From the IMG/VR virus record IMGVR_UViG_3300040786_000016: a stretch of 64,000 nt of DNA. One strand, given 5' to 3'. The translations under genes were made by a program, and so were the position numbers. Shown here piece by piece: positions 20,875 through 34,724 of this stretch. Numbering within the stretch: the stretch's first letter is position 1; the number at the start of each line of letters is the position of its first letter. This stretch comes from a virus. The notes beneath the pieces were generated by a model that worked only from the letters and a program-made list of their open reading frames with translations, made no database searches and had not been told where the DNA came from.

Positions 20875-20946
20875 GCAGAAGTAGCTCAATGGTAGAGCAC
20901 TAGATTTCCAATCTGGGGGTTGCGAGTTCGAGCCTCGTCTTCTGCT
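20875..20946 (+). tRNA. trnG: tRNA-Gly(TCC)
   Basis: CTAGA-TTTCCAA-TCTGG arm; T discriminator. Confidence 0.92.
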
Positions 20947-21020
20947 CTGTGTTCAGTTTAGTCGAATGTTCATGATAATGAACAACCGAATATAATGAAC
21001 AACATACTGGAATAATATAA

Positions 21021-21089
21021 TGGGGTAGGATGTGATGGTTGCATACAACTCTTTGACAGTTGCTGATAAAGTTCAATTCTTTACCCCAA
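21021..21089 (+). tRNA. trnQ: tRNA-Gln(TTG)
   Basis: CAACT-CTTTGAC-AGTTG arm; T1-A72. Confidence 0.8.
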
Positions 21090-21146
21090 CAATAATATAT
21101 TCGAATAGCATTGACTAATTGAATTACTTTAAGTATCTTTGTTTAT

Positions 21147-21953
21147 ATGAAAAATAAATGGAGTAACGAAGAAGAAAAATTTTAATTGAACATTATGTTG
21201 ATTATGGTGCTAAATGGGTATCAGATAAATTATCTAGGAGTATTAATACTGTAAGAATTAAAGCTAGTTATAATGGTTTAAGTTTTAATAATATTGATGG
21301 AAAATATAAAGAGATATTTTAGTAATATTATCATTACATCCAATAATTATAAAGAATGTGTTAAGAAATTAGGATTAACCAGTACTGGTAATAATAATGA
21401 TACAGTTAAAAAATATATTAAATTGTATAATATTGATGTTTCACATTTTATACATGAAAATAATTCAACGACTAAAATTAATTTATGTGATATTTTAATT
21501 GAAAACTCATCTTATTCTAGGGCCTCTTTAAAAGACAGGTTATATAAGGAAGGTTTAAAAAACGTGAATGTGAATTATGTGGTCAAGGTGAAGAATGGGT
21601 GGGTAAAAAAATGTCGTTGATATTGGACCATATAAATGGTGTTAATAATGATAATAGAATAGAAAACATAAGGATAGTTTGTCCAAATTGTAATGCGACA
21701 TTAGACACACATTGTGGTAAAATAAGAGTAAAAAAATATTAAAAAAAGTAGATTTAGGTTTTAATATTAGTGATGATGTGAATTTTAGATTTATACAAAC
21801 TAAAGAAAAATAAACGCTCAATTTAATAATCGTAAAGTTAAAGATAGACCATCAATTGATATATTATTAATTGACATAAAAGAGTTAGGTTATTCTGGAA
21901 CAGGTAGAAAATATGGTGTTAGCGATAATGCGATTAGAAAATGGGTTAAATAA
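21147..21953 (+). CDS. HNH homing endonuclease-like protein with a C-terminal HTH, embedded in the tRNA region
   Basis: CELCG...LILDHINGVNNDNRIENIRIVCPNCNA...YGVSDNAIRKWVK across indels. Confidence 0.8.
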
Positions 21954-21962
21954 TAAAAGTAC

Positions 21963-22031
21963 TGGTCAAAAGTGTTACGGTACACCTCGGCATTTAGCTG
22001 GGTATTGTAGGTTCGAATCCTACTTGGTCGC
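21963..22031 (+). tRNA. tRNA, anticodon unresolved (Gln-like body)
   Basis: GTAGG-TTCGAAT-CCTAC T arm; CTCGG/CTGGG anticodon stem. Confidence 0.55.
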
Positions 22032-22099
22032 AAAATAAGTTACTTGAAATTTTGATAGTTTAAATTAATAATATATATTTGTAATCTAATACATATATT

Positions 22100-22420
22100 A
22101 TGGAATGTAGAAAAGAAGTTATAGTTGATGGTGTAAGGGTTTATGAAGATAAGATGAAATACGCTACGTTAGAAGAGGCCATTACTGCTTGTAAGGTTTT
22201 AAATTCGTATGATGATAGGGTACAAAAATTAGTCTCATATAAGTGTAAGGAATGTTTTAAGTTTCATATCGGAAGAAATGGTAGTTTGATTAAAGATAAA
22301 GATAAAACTAAATGCAAATAAAACTTGCTGAGAAAAGGTAAAAAAATCTTTTAGTGGTTTTAAGGTAGTTGGTTTTGTTGATTTAGATAGGATAAAGTAA
22401 AAAAAATTAAGTTTTATTAG
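22100..22420 (+). CDS. Small CxxC..H zinc-binding protein (paralog of 23322-23620)
   Basis: EEAITACKVLNSYDDR...YKCKECFKFHIGRNG. Confidence 0.6.
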
Positions 22421-22867
22421 GTTATATATTTTATTATATTTACCTTTGTTAAATAATCTTAAATTATAATAAAATGATAGTAAATATTAATGATTTAGAA
22501 TTCAATAACGAAAATTTAACTAAACATATTGAATCATTAAATTCACCACGTAATTTGAAAACAATTAAAAACGTGAAGACATGTTAATGATTGATTGGTT
22601 AAATATTGATATGAATAGAATTAATTTTTCAATTATTGACAAAGAAATTCTTTTAAATTTTTCCAATCAGAAAATTTAAATAATTTAAAAAATAAAGAAT
22701 TTTTTAGTTTATTATTTAAAGCTGTCGAGCTAAAAAATGAAGAATTTTATGGGTGTATTGTGTTGATATGAATAGAATAATTTCAAATGAATTTTATCTA
22801 ATGAACACATACGATGAAAATTTAGAGTTATTATTTAAATATTATAGTAATAAACAATAAGAAAAAT

Positions 22868-22940
22868 TGTTGAGTAGATTAATTGGCAAACGTCCTACGC
22901 TATAGTAGGAAGATGTGGTGTTCAAATCCCACCTCAACAG
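22868..22940 (+). tRNA. tRNA with T1-A72 and G73; anticodon unresolved
   Basis: TGTTGAG/CTCAACA acceptor; TCCTAC-GCTATA-GTAGGA arm. Confidence 0.6.
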
Positions 22941-23016
22941 CAAGATAAAGAATGATTTCAGCAATTAACAAAAACAAACTTTTAATTTGAAACAAACATA
23001 TCATTCTGTTCTTAAT

Positions 23017-23094
23017 GGGTTCATTGAGCAATTGGTTGGCTCGCTTGGTTGTAGCCCAAGTCTTAATCGCATGGGGTTCGAACCTCTGGACCCA
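23017..23094 (+). tRNA. trnY: tRNA-Tyr(GTA)
   Basis: CTTGG-TTGTAGC-CCAAG arm; extended variable region; A73. Confidence 0.7.
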
Positions 23095-23162
23095 CTAGTT
23101 ATAGTAAATTTTAGATTTTTGTCTAGTAATTGGCATTTTCAATGGGACAATAAAATCAAATT

Positions 23163-23236
23163 GCTCTGTACGCATATATGGTGGTGCACCTCACTTGTAA
23201 TGAGGATTAGAGTCGGTTCGAACCCGTCACAGAGCT
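23163..23236 (+). tRNA. trnT: tRNA-Thr(TGT)
   Basis: CCTCA-CTTGTAA-TGAGG arm. Confidence 0.88.
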
Positions 23237-23321
23237 CTGGAAACATTTTTATTTAAATATTATTGCTTTTATTCTAATTTATTAGTATATTTGTATTGTA
23301 ATAATTTAAAGCTTATAAAAT

Positions 23322-23620
23322 ATGGAATGTCAAAAACTATAATAAAAGATGGTATTACAACTATTAGTCCTAAACAACAATACAATACCAATGAAGAAGC
23401 TATTAAAGCTTGTAAATTTTTAAATTCATACCCAGATAGAACACAAAATTGGTTCCATATAAGTGTCATAAATGTTTTAAATTTCATGTTGGTAGAAATG
23501 GTAAATTAATTGATGTTAAAAGTAAATCATTTAACAAAACTATAGAACCTCTAATCAATGTAGAGTTTACAGGGTTTACTTTAGTTGGACATATAGATTT
23601 AAGTGTTTTGATAATAAATA
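23322..23620 (+). CDS. Small zinc-binding protein (paralog of 22100-22420)
   Basis: EEAIKACKFLNSYPDR...YKCHKCFKFHVGRNG. Confidence 0.6.
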
Positions 23621-23736
23621 AAATATAGTATAAAATCGCTTGACAAATAAATTAAAACGTTATATTAAATAAAAAACATGAAAAACACATTAAAAAAATA
23701 CTCTGTTCTAAGGACTAATTCCTTAAAAACAGAGAT

Positions 23737-24500
23737 ATGAGTAGAAATACAAAACACAAAGATTACAAACGCTTTTAGCGTTGTTAGAGAAACAAAGTGA
23801 AATCAAATCCCAAATTAAAGCATTGGGGTATAGAACACTTGATAAACCAATTCATCATGGTTATAACGCTTATTTTACTCTTAGAGAAGATATTGCAAAA
23901 AGAGATGATAGATTATCTTGGGCTTACCAATATTTTATCGATAATTTTTCAACACAACCTTGGTCTAGGACTATAGATTTTAAAAGGAAAAATAAGAAAA
24001 GTAAAGAGGTGATTAAACCTGAATTTATTAGAATTAGTGAGAAACAATATAATAGTTATGTGCCTTGGGCTCAAGAAGTACTTAAAAAACGTATTGAATT
24101 TCATTGGGGTAATGAATATTACCATTACGAATGTGAAATACCAGCTTATTGTTTAGTGACTAAAATTAAAAATAGTTACATAACAACTGAGAAAATTATT
24201 GATGGGAATCTTGAAAGTGAGTTATCATTTATCAGTGATGAGTTATCAAAACTGTACTCAATATTCTCTAAAGGTAGAGGTGGTTCTTATAAATGGTTTC
24301 AAACAGAATTTAATAGAAGAGATAGGAATTATAATAAACAAACATTAAAAGAACCTTAAAAATATAAATCCGTTTGAAGATGTAGATGATGATGGGTGGT
24401 TAGATACTGATTGGAAAGAATGGGTATCATTTACTGGGTTAAATGACAATGAGTGCTATTTAAAATATAAACCAAGAAATAGTGCTAAATGGTATTGGTG
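23737..24500 (+). CDS. Hypothetical protein
   Basis: 192 aa ORF 23781-24359 plus flanks. Confidence 0.65.
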
Positions 24501-25673
24501 GTAAAAAAATCGTGACATGTAGTAAAGGTAATCAAGCTAATTACCCCTAGTTAAACGATGACTAGGAACCAAAATTAAAATAACTTACTTTTATTTGGTA
24601 AGTTATTTTTTTTTTTATATTTGTACCATAATAATTAAAATAAATAATTATGGGTGTAGAAATCAAAAGAAATGAAAAGGTTTATACCAATTAAAAGCGG
24701 TATTAGTGATGAGTCATATCATCCAGAAAAAAAATGGATTAGTGAAGAAGAAAGTAAAAAATTCTTATTACTAATGAAATTTGGTCTTTATTGAAAAAGT
24801 TATTGAAATTGATAATTGTTTTCCTAGTAATTATAGGGTTAATGATATACATGATTATAAAAAATAATACAAAAGAGAACACTTACAATGGCTTAATGAT
24901 AATGCCTATGATGATGAAGGTAGTAAAATATTAGGTGATAGATTTGAAGGTATAATAAAAGACTAGGTATTGATTTAAAATTTTAAGATATGATAGGATA
25001 TATAGGTGTTACTATATTATTATGTTGTTTTGGGTATATATTTTATATCTTTAAAAACCTTATAGTAAAATTAAACAAAACGTTACCTTGATGTTTATAA
25101 ATCTGGTGATTCTGCAAAAATACCTGGTATGAGCACTTCAAGAAGCAAAAAAAAGAAAAGATAATGGCTAGAAAAGATATTAACTTAAGTATTTACATAA
25201 TTGTAAAATTAGGTATGATTTATTGTATTTATTACCTTAATTGGGTTGGACTATTAGGTTATACAATAGCTACTATATTTGCATATATTAATATGATGAA
25301 AGAAGATTAACAAATTTAATAAATAAATAAAATGAAAAACACACTAAAGGTTAAGCTAATACTAGTAATGGTTATTTTATGCTAGTATCTTGTACTAGTA
25401 ATAATGATTTTGAAAATGGAAAACAACAGTTAGATTCTCAGGGTTATACTGAAATCGTGAATACTGGTCATAGTTATTTTTGTTGTGATGATAAAGACAC
25501 ATACTCAACGGGTTTTAAAGCCAAAGATAGGCGTGGTAATATTGTAAAGGGTTGTTTTGTTCTTCAATATTAAAAGGGTTGACTATTCGCTTTGAATAAA
25601 ATATTAATAAAAAAATAAAATTACCATTTATTTATATTGTTTATTTATATATATTTATATATAAATAAACAAT

Positions 25674-26233
25674 ATGAATATTAAACTGAATTACGAAAAG
25701 CTTTATTAGTTGAAGCTGAAAAAAAGACCATAAAAGAGAATATGGTTGTCTAATGATATTTTAGACGTTAATAAAAAAATCATGGAAAGAATTACAAGAT
25801 ATGATTGATGACGATGATTTATATAATGAGGAAGCTGGTGATAGTTATGGTAGAGAAAATGAACCACACGTTACTATATTATATGGACTTCATGATGATA
25901 TTAAAGATAAAGATATAGAAGTTGACATTAAAGAGATAAAAACTCTAATATTAAATTTAAAATATTTCTTCATTTAATAATGATAAATTTGATGTGTTGA
26001 AATTTGATGTTGAGAGTGAAGACTTAAATAAATTAAATAAAGTGTTTAGTGATTACCCAAATACTAATAAATTTCCAGATTATCATCCACATTGTACAAT
26101 TGCCTATTTAAAATCTGGTAAAGCGGCAAAATATATAAAGAAAGCTAAAGATTTAGTTAATATGGATATTAAACCAGATAAAATTGTTTACTCAAAGCCT
26201 GATAATACTACAAAAAATTATAATTTACAGTAA
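25674..26233 (+). CDS. 2H phosphoesterase (2'-5' RNA ligase-like / Acb1-like)
   Basis: Two HxT motifs: EPHVTILYG and YHPHCTIAY. Confidence 0.8.
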
Positions 26234-26264
26234 TGTTAGATATTTATATTAAGATATTAATAAC

Positions 26265-27096
26265 ATGAAAGATTTAATTAAAATTTATTACGGGAAAACT
26301 TACTTGATGAGGATTATAATGTTCATACTGAAATGCAAGACTTATCAAACGATTTATTTAAAAAAATTGTAAGTTCACTTGTTGAAAGATGTGTAAAAAC
26401 TAAGTATGAATATTTTAAAATGCCAACAATACATAATTCATTCAATGGTTTAGTTTCAAAATATTCAAAGCTTAATGAATTTATGAATAGTTTTAGTTTA
26501 AGTTTAGCGATTAAAGATACTGATTATCGTGTTAAGGGTGATTTTAGGATGATGGCTAAAAATACTGGTGCTATTACTTTAAGAATTAGTTATGATGATA
26601 TTAGAAATTCGTTAGTAAAATACGTTAAACCATCATTAGGGAAGATTTAACTCAAGAAATGGTAAACGAAATGGTTAGTAATGTATATTTTAATCTTTTG
26701 ATAATCAAATTCTTTCAACGCTATTACATGAATTACAACATGCATATGATTCTTGGAGAAGTAATACTAAATTTACAAACTCTCGTAGGTCTAATGATTT
26801 TTTATAGTAAATATGGTAATGACAACACCTTTAATAAAATAAGTATGATGAGTACATTAAGATGCAACACGAAATAAATGCTAGATTTTCACAAGCAATT
26901 AGTGATATTAAGTTTTAAATTAAATTTTAGTGATGATGAAACTAAACCACTTAGATATAGAGTATTATTTCCGATAGATACTGTAATTGCTGATTTTAAA
27001 AGCACATTTATGGGTTATCAAGCAATGGCACCATCAGTACAAGAAAGGCTCTTAAATCGCTTAATAAAGATTTATTCACAAGCAGAAGAAAGGTAA
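26265..27096 (+). CDS. Hypothetical protein (split), after an ATATTTAT motif
   Basis: Collinear ORFs 26333-26650, 26659-26877, 26878-27096. Confidence 0.5.
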
Positions 27097-27120
27097 AAGA
27101 ATATAATGATAAATTATAAA

Positions 27121-27142
27121 AAAAGAGGCAATTGCCTCTTTT
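27121..27142. terminator. Bidirectional terminator
   Basis: AAAAGAGGCAATTGCCTCTTTT between convergent genes. Confidence 0.85.
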
Positions 27143-27148
27143 ATTTTT

Positions 27149-27290
27149 TTAACCTTGACCTCTAGTCTTTTTTTTTCAAATAATTCTTAGATTGTTTAAG
27201 TTTAGAAGATTTAGATTTAGAATGAACGCCTGGTCTTTTCTTTTTAGTTCTTTCTAATTTAGAAGACGATGTTGCTGCTTGTTTTGCCAT
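27149..27290 (-). CDS. Very basic ~46 aa peptide (…RPGVHSKSKSSKLKQSKNYLKKKTRGQG)
   Basis: Own ATATTTAT motif upstream; one indel in a poly-A run. Confidence 0.65.
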
Positions 27291-27942
27291 AGTGTGAAAA
27301 TTTATTAATAAATATTAGATTATAATTAAAAAATTAGTATATTTGTAAAAAAATTAAAATATGGAACAATTAATTATAATAAACATTGACCAAATAGGGA
27401 ACAAATGATTAAAATTGGTAAAGAACCATTGCCAGAGATAAAAACACCTGAAGAAGCTAAAGAAATGGTCCTTACAGATATTGACTGGATATCTAAGTCA
27501 TTAATTAAATTAATTAGAGTTGCTGATGAAAGTGGATACGCCAATAAAAAATTTTAATTGATAAATATACTAATTCATTATCTGAATTATTATTAGAGGA
27601 AATTTCTGATGAAAAAAAGCGATTCAGAAAGCTGAATTAATAATTGAATCATGTATTACTAATGAGCAATTTGATAGTGCTAGTGATTTTTTAGGGTTAT
27701 ATATGAAGAAATATGAAAACCAAAAGATATATGATATTTTAATGTTTTCATTAACTAATAAACGAAAACAAATAAATGGGTAATTTTAAAAAAATAATTC
27801 GTGGTGATGAATTATATCTTTACAATGGTAAGGGTGAATTAATCTATAAAAGATGGCTTAAAGAAATACATCAGTAGTGTTTGATGTCATGCCATATGGA
27901 AAGATACACTAATATCAATCACTGATAATAATACGATAAAAA

Positions 27943-28440
<498 letters not shown>

Positions 28441-28823
28441 CGGAACGAAAGAGAGTTGAAATATCGGAAGTTCCTAAAGCGGAACCTAGAAAAGAGTTGA
28501 GACATTAGAACCAGTAAAAGCAGAACCTAGAAAACGTGAACAACCAATAGTCATAGATGAAGAAGTAGAGGTTAATGAAAACCCATACCATCTAAAGTTG
28601 TTATAGCTAAAGTTATATTAGAAGATGAAGAACCTATAGCTGAAAAAGAGAGCTAGAGCAAAAGCTAGTGATGATAAATACATACGTTTTTCATTAAAAG
28701 AATATAGTCAAAACTTTAAATTAATATCAGATAGAGTACAAAAAAGATGAAATAAGATGGGCTTATTACGCAATAGATGGTGATGAAGGTTACCATTATT
28801 TTATAATAAATAAATAAAACAAA

Positions 28824-29257
28824 ATGAATTTAAAAGAAAGAATAAATAGTGATTTCATGATAGCTTACAAAGCTAAAGATATGAATAAAAAAACATTTCT
28901 TGGGATATTAAAAGGAACGCTTCAAACCCAAGAAACCAAAGAAAACCAATCTTATCGACTGACGATAATGTATTATTATTAATTAGAACAATAGAAAAGG
29001 GTTATTGGAAACAATTGCTGGTCGTAAAAAAATGGGTTTAGATGTAAGTAGTGAAGAACTAGAACTTACATACTTAAAACCATATCAACCAGAGCTAATG
29101 TCTGAAGAATTAGTTAGGACTTTAGTTATAGGTTTAATTAAAGAATCAACAAATAAAACCAAGGATTTTAATAGGTCAATTTAACAAAAAAATTTAGTAG
29201 TGGTGCTTTAGGATTTGATAATAAACTTGTTGGGTTAATACTAAAAAAGAATTAGAA
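28824..29257 (+). CDS. GatB/YqeY domain protein
   Basis: MNLKERINSDFMIAYKAKD...LGILKG...YLKPYQPELMSEE. Confidence 0.75.
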
Positions 29258-29258
29258 A

Positions 29259-29840
29259 ATGAAAATTAGATTAGATAAACAAAACATATTTTTCTGTTCA
29301 GATTTACATGAAAACCATGCTAATGTGATAAAGTATGATAATAGACCGTTTAAAGATGTTAGTCACATGAATGCTGAGTTAATCCGAAGATGGAATAATA
29401 AAGTAGGTGTTAATGATACGGTATTTTATTTAGGTGATTTAACATTTAGAAAAAATATTGAAGAAATTAAACTATTTGTAAACCAGTTAAATGGTAAGAT
29501 ACACTTCATATACGGTAATCACGATGATGATAGAATTATTACTAAATTAAATAGGTTTGAAACTATAAGTGATTATGTAACTTTATCAATTTTAGATAAG
29601 GATTCACCTAGAAAATATCAAGATATAATGTTATCTCATTATGCTATATTAAGTTGGGATAAGTCACATCATGGTTCATGGCATTTACATGGTCACTCAC
29701 ATCAAAGCCTTGTGAAACCAAATCCAGAATATTATAAACGTAAAGTTATTGATATTGGATGTAATGGTTGGGATTATGAGCCATTATCGTATAATGAAAA
29801 AAAAAATAATGTCTAATAAAGAAATTTCTGAACATCATTA
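29259..29840 (+). CDS. Calcineurin-like metallophosphoesterase
   Basis: SDLH, LGD, GNHD, HGHSH motifs. Confidence 0.9.
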
Positions 29841-29917
29841 AAAAAAAAGACCTGATAATTTGTATTATCGGGTCTTTTATTATATATTGCACAGTAAAAT
29901 AAAAACATATAAATATT

Positions 29918-30907
29918 ATGGAAATTAAAACAGAATATAATACCAAAGATTTTCAAGTAGGTGCTTTGGTTGGTAGATTTCACGTAGATGAATTACACAT
30001 AGGTCATAGAGATTTGCTAGACCATGTAATTAATCATAAAAAAAGTTATTTTATTTCTAGGGGTATCTAAAACGGTATCAAATAAAACCCTTTGATTATG
30101 CCACACGTAAAGGTATGGTTCAATCAGAATACCCAGACATATAATACTACCCTTGGTTGACCAACGTTATAATGATATTTGGAGTAATAATTTAGACTCT
30201 GCATTAGCAATCCCATTCGGTGAGAAAAAAGTTCTATATATGGTAGCCGTGATTCATTTATACCATCTTATAAAGGTAAAAATAAAACTGTTGAGTTAAC
30301 ACCAGTTTTGATTATTCAGGTACTGAACTTAGAGAAGAAATTGCTAGTGTAGTTGTTAATCATAAATATTTTAGAGCTGGGGCAATTTATAGTGTTTATG
30401 GTGGTAGAGGAACAACTTTCCCAACTGTTGATATTTGTGCTTATAATGAGAAAGGTGAGATTTTAATGGCTAGAAAACCTAATGAAACTCTATGGCGATT
30501 TGTTGGTGGTTTTGTTGATAGAAATGATGAGACATATGAGGTTGCCGCAAAAGAGAATTTTATGAGGAAACTGGTGGTAATGCTAGAATTGGTGAGTTAA
30601 CATATATTTGTAGTCAACAAGTACATGATTGGAGATATAAAGGTACTGAACATGGTATAATGACAACACTTTTTTTAGCTAGGTTTGGTTTTGGTAATGC
30701 GGTTGCATCAGATGATTTAGCAAATGGTGGTGCCATTAAATGGGTTAGTATTAAAGAATTTAGTAACTATGAGGGCTAATATTATGCCTGAGCATAGAGA
30801 ACTAATGTTATCGTTAGTTAATAAAGTTTATGGTGAAAACTAATACCAAATATTGGTAGTAGACTTGCTGAAAGAACTGATAACGTAATTTATATTAATG
30901 AATAATG
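29918..30907 (+). CDS. nadM: Bifunctional NMN adenylyltransferase / Nudix hydrolase (NadM-Nudix)
   Basis: GRFHV..LHIGH motif, then RFVGGFVD...AAKREFYEETG Nudix box. Confidence 0.88.
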
Positions 30908-31440
30908 AAAATAATTAAAGAAATAATCAATAATCTAAAACCAAATACTATTTGCTCTATTGTGGGTGGTTATGGTGTAGGTAAAACAACTATTTTATCA
31001 GTAATATCAGCTGAATTAATAGTTAAGGGTAATAAGGTTTTATATCTAACCGATGAACTAGATAAAAAAGGTAATAATTAGTAAAGTATTTAATATCTTA
31101 AAAATAAGAAAATTAATAATATTAAGGGTTCATCTTTTGTTGTTGAAGAAATTATTTCGTTAACAGATGTTTTGAGGATAGTTTTAAAAGAAAATTTTGA
31201 TTTTGTTTTAGTCGATTCAGTGTATAATCTAGGTCGTGAAGAAAATTTAAAATTATTAACTGAAAAATTTAAATGTGCTGTAATAGCATCTATCAATCTA
31301 ACAAATCCTTTGAAATATGGTTTAAATAAACATAAACATATTAGAATATCTGATTTGATTGTTAATATAACACGAAACCCTAAAATATCTTTTGGCTTAA
31401 TTTAAAATATCAAATTTTATTTTGGTTAGATAAACCAAAT
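30904..31440 (+). CDS. P-loop NTPase (DnaB/RecA-like fragment)
   Basis: GGYGVGKTT Walker A; VLVDS downstream. Confidence 0.5.
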
Positions 31441-31671
31441 TTAAATATGAAGGTAATTAAAATAGATTTGGTAATTTATCAAATAATTACATCTATCTTA
31501 ATTTTAAAACTAATGAAAGAATATACGGTATACATGCAATGGGATAGCTACGAAGGTAGTTTATTCAATGAGACATATACTAGTTGGTATTATGCTTCAT
31601 CAAAAGTGATGCGAACTCACAAGCTAGAGCCCAATTTGGACATAACAAAGGATTTATTATAACAGGGTAAT

Positions 31672-32002
31672 ATGAAAGTAGCGGTAATTGGTGGTAGAGA
31701 TTTTAAAGATTATGAACTTGTTAAAAAACACTGTCTAAATTAACCATTACAGTTATTGTTTCTGGTGGTGCTTTAGGTGCTGATTTATTAGCTGAAAGAT
31801 ACGCTGATGAAAACAATATACCTAAAAAATATTCTTACCTGATTGGAAAACATACGGTAAAATAGCTGGTTTTAAGAAATACAGATATAATAAATGAGGG
31901 TGAATTAACTATAGCTTTTGGGATGGTGAGTCTAAAGGAACCAAAGATAGTATAAATAAAGCTAGAAATTTAAAAAAAAGGGTAATAATAGTTGGTTATT
32001 AA
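31672..32002 (+). CDS. SLOG family (DUF2493/YspA-like) protein
   Basis: VAVIGGRDF...IVSGGALGADLLAERYA...AG..RN...AFWDGESKGTKDSI. Confidence 0.8.
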
Positions 32003-32041
32003 TAAAAATAGTGTATCTTTGCACTAATAAATAAATAAAAC

Positions 32042-33596
<1,555 letters not shown>

Positions 33597-33652
33597 ACAA
33601 TTAAATATAAATAATACTTCTGAGTGGAGTTATAAAACTCAAAACAATATAA

Positions 33653-34400
33653 TATGAAAAAAATTATCTTACTTTAACGGTTACTTTAACCACAATGTTC
33701 ACATCATGTACAACAGACGAAACGTCAATGGATGCAAAATGGAAACAACTAGCGTAAATTTCGCAGTCTCTGAACCAGCATCAACAGCTAAAACTATTGA
33801 TAGAAATTCTATCCCTTTATATGTTGATAACTTAACCATTAATGCGGCTAGTAGAGCGTTAAGTCCTTATGTAGCGACTGAAACCTTTGATTTTTAGGTG
33901 TTTTAAATGGATTAGCCCCAGCATTAACTTTAAACGGTGTTGCATTAGGTGTAAATACTTTTTCAGCAACAAGTACAAGTGCTAACAATAATAAAGTACA
34001 ATTATTAGCTTCTTCAAGTGCAATAAATTTAGATGTATTAAAAACTAACACACCTTATATTCCTTGTTTTCAATTAATGACCCATCACCTAATATTATTT
34101 ATGGTGTAAATGATGTTATTAATTTAGCTATGGATACAAATCATGGTAGGGTTTATCGTTATTTACAATTGATTCTGATGCAAATAAATACGTAGTTGTT
34201 ATTAAAGCAACAGTAGCTAACACTACAACTCAAACTATTACTATTAGACCAGAAACAAATAATAGAACAGCAACATTTGAATGGTCAAATCAATTAGCGG
34301 TAGATGGTGCTAAAGTAACTTATGTTATTTCTATCCTTGAAACAAGTGGTAATGTAACCCTTAAAACAATAACTAAAGAATTAGTAGTTAGAAAAGGTAA
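33653..34400 (+). CDS. Secreted or structural hypothetical protein
   Basis: MKKIILL signal-like start; split frames. Confidence 0.45.
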
Positions 34401-34724
34401 ATCATTATCTTGTGTTTATACGATTGGTAAAGATGACGTATATCAAAATATTATCATAGGTGGGATTAAAATTACATTCCCAACAATTGAGGAAATAGAT
34501 TGTGCAACAGTTTATGATAATGAAGGTTACAACTGTCATGGTGATGATAAAGATAAGCATAATAAAGCTTACGATGATTGTGGTTACCATAAAACAACTG
34601 GTAAATATAATGAAAACCAAGATAAAGATAAGACTGATGGTTCAAGTAAAGCAAAATGTAACTAAAAAAAAATAAAAACTTAAAACCCTAATGTATTTTA
34701 AGGGTTTTAATTAAAAATAAGATT

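Noticed and set aside
22987-23256. Plus-strand ORF of 89 aa
   Set aside because: Runs across tRNA-Tyr and tRNA-Thr.
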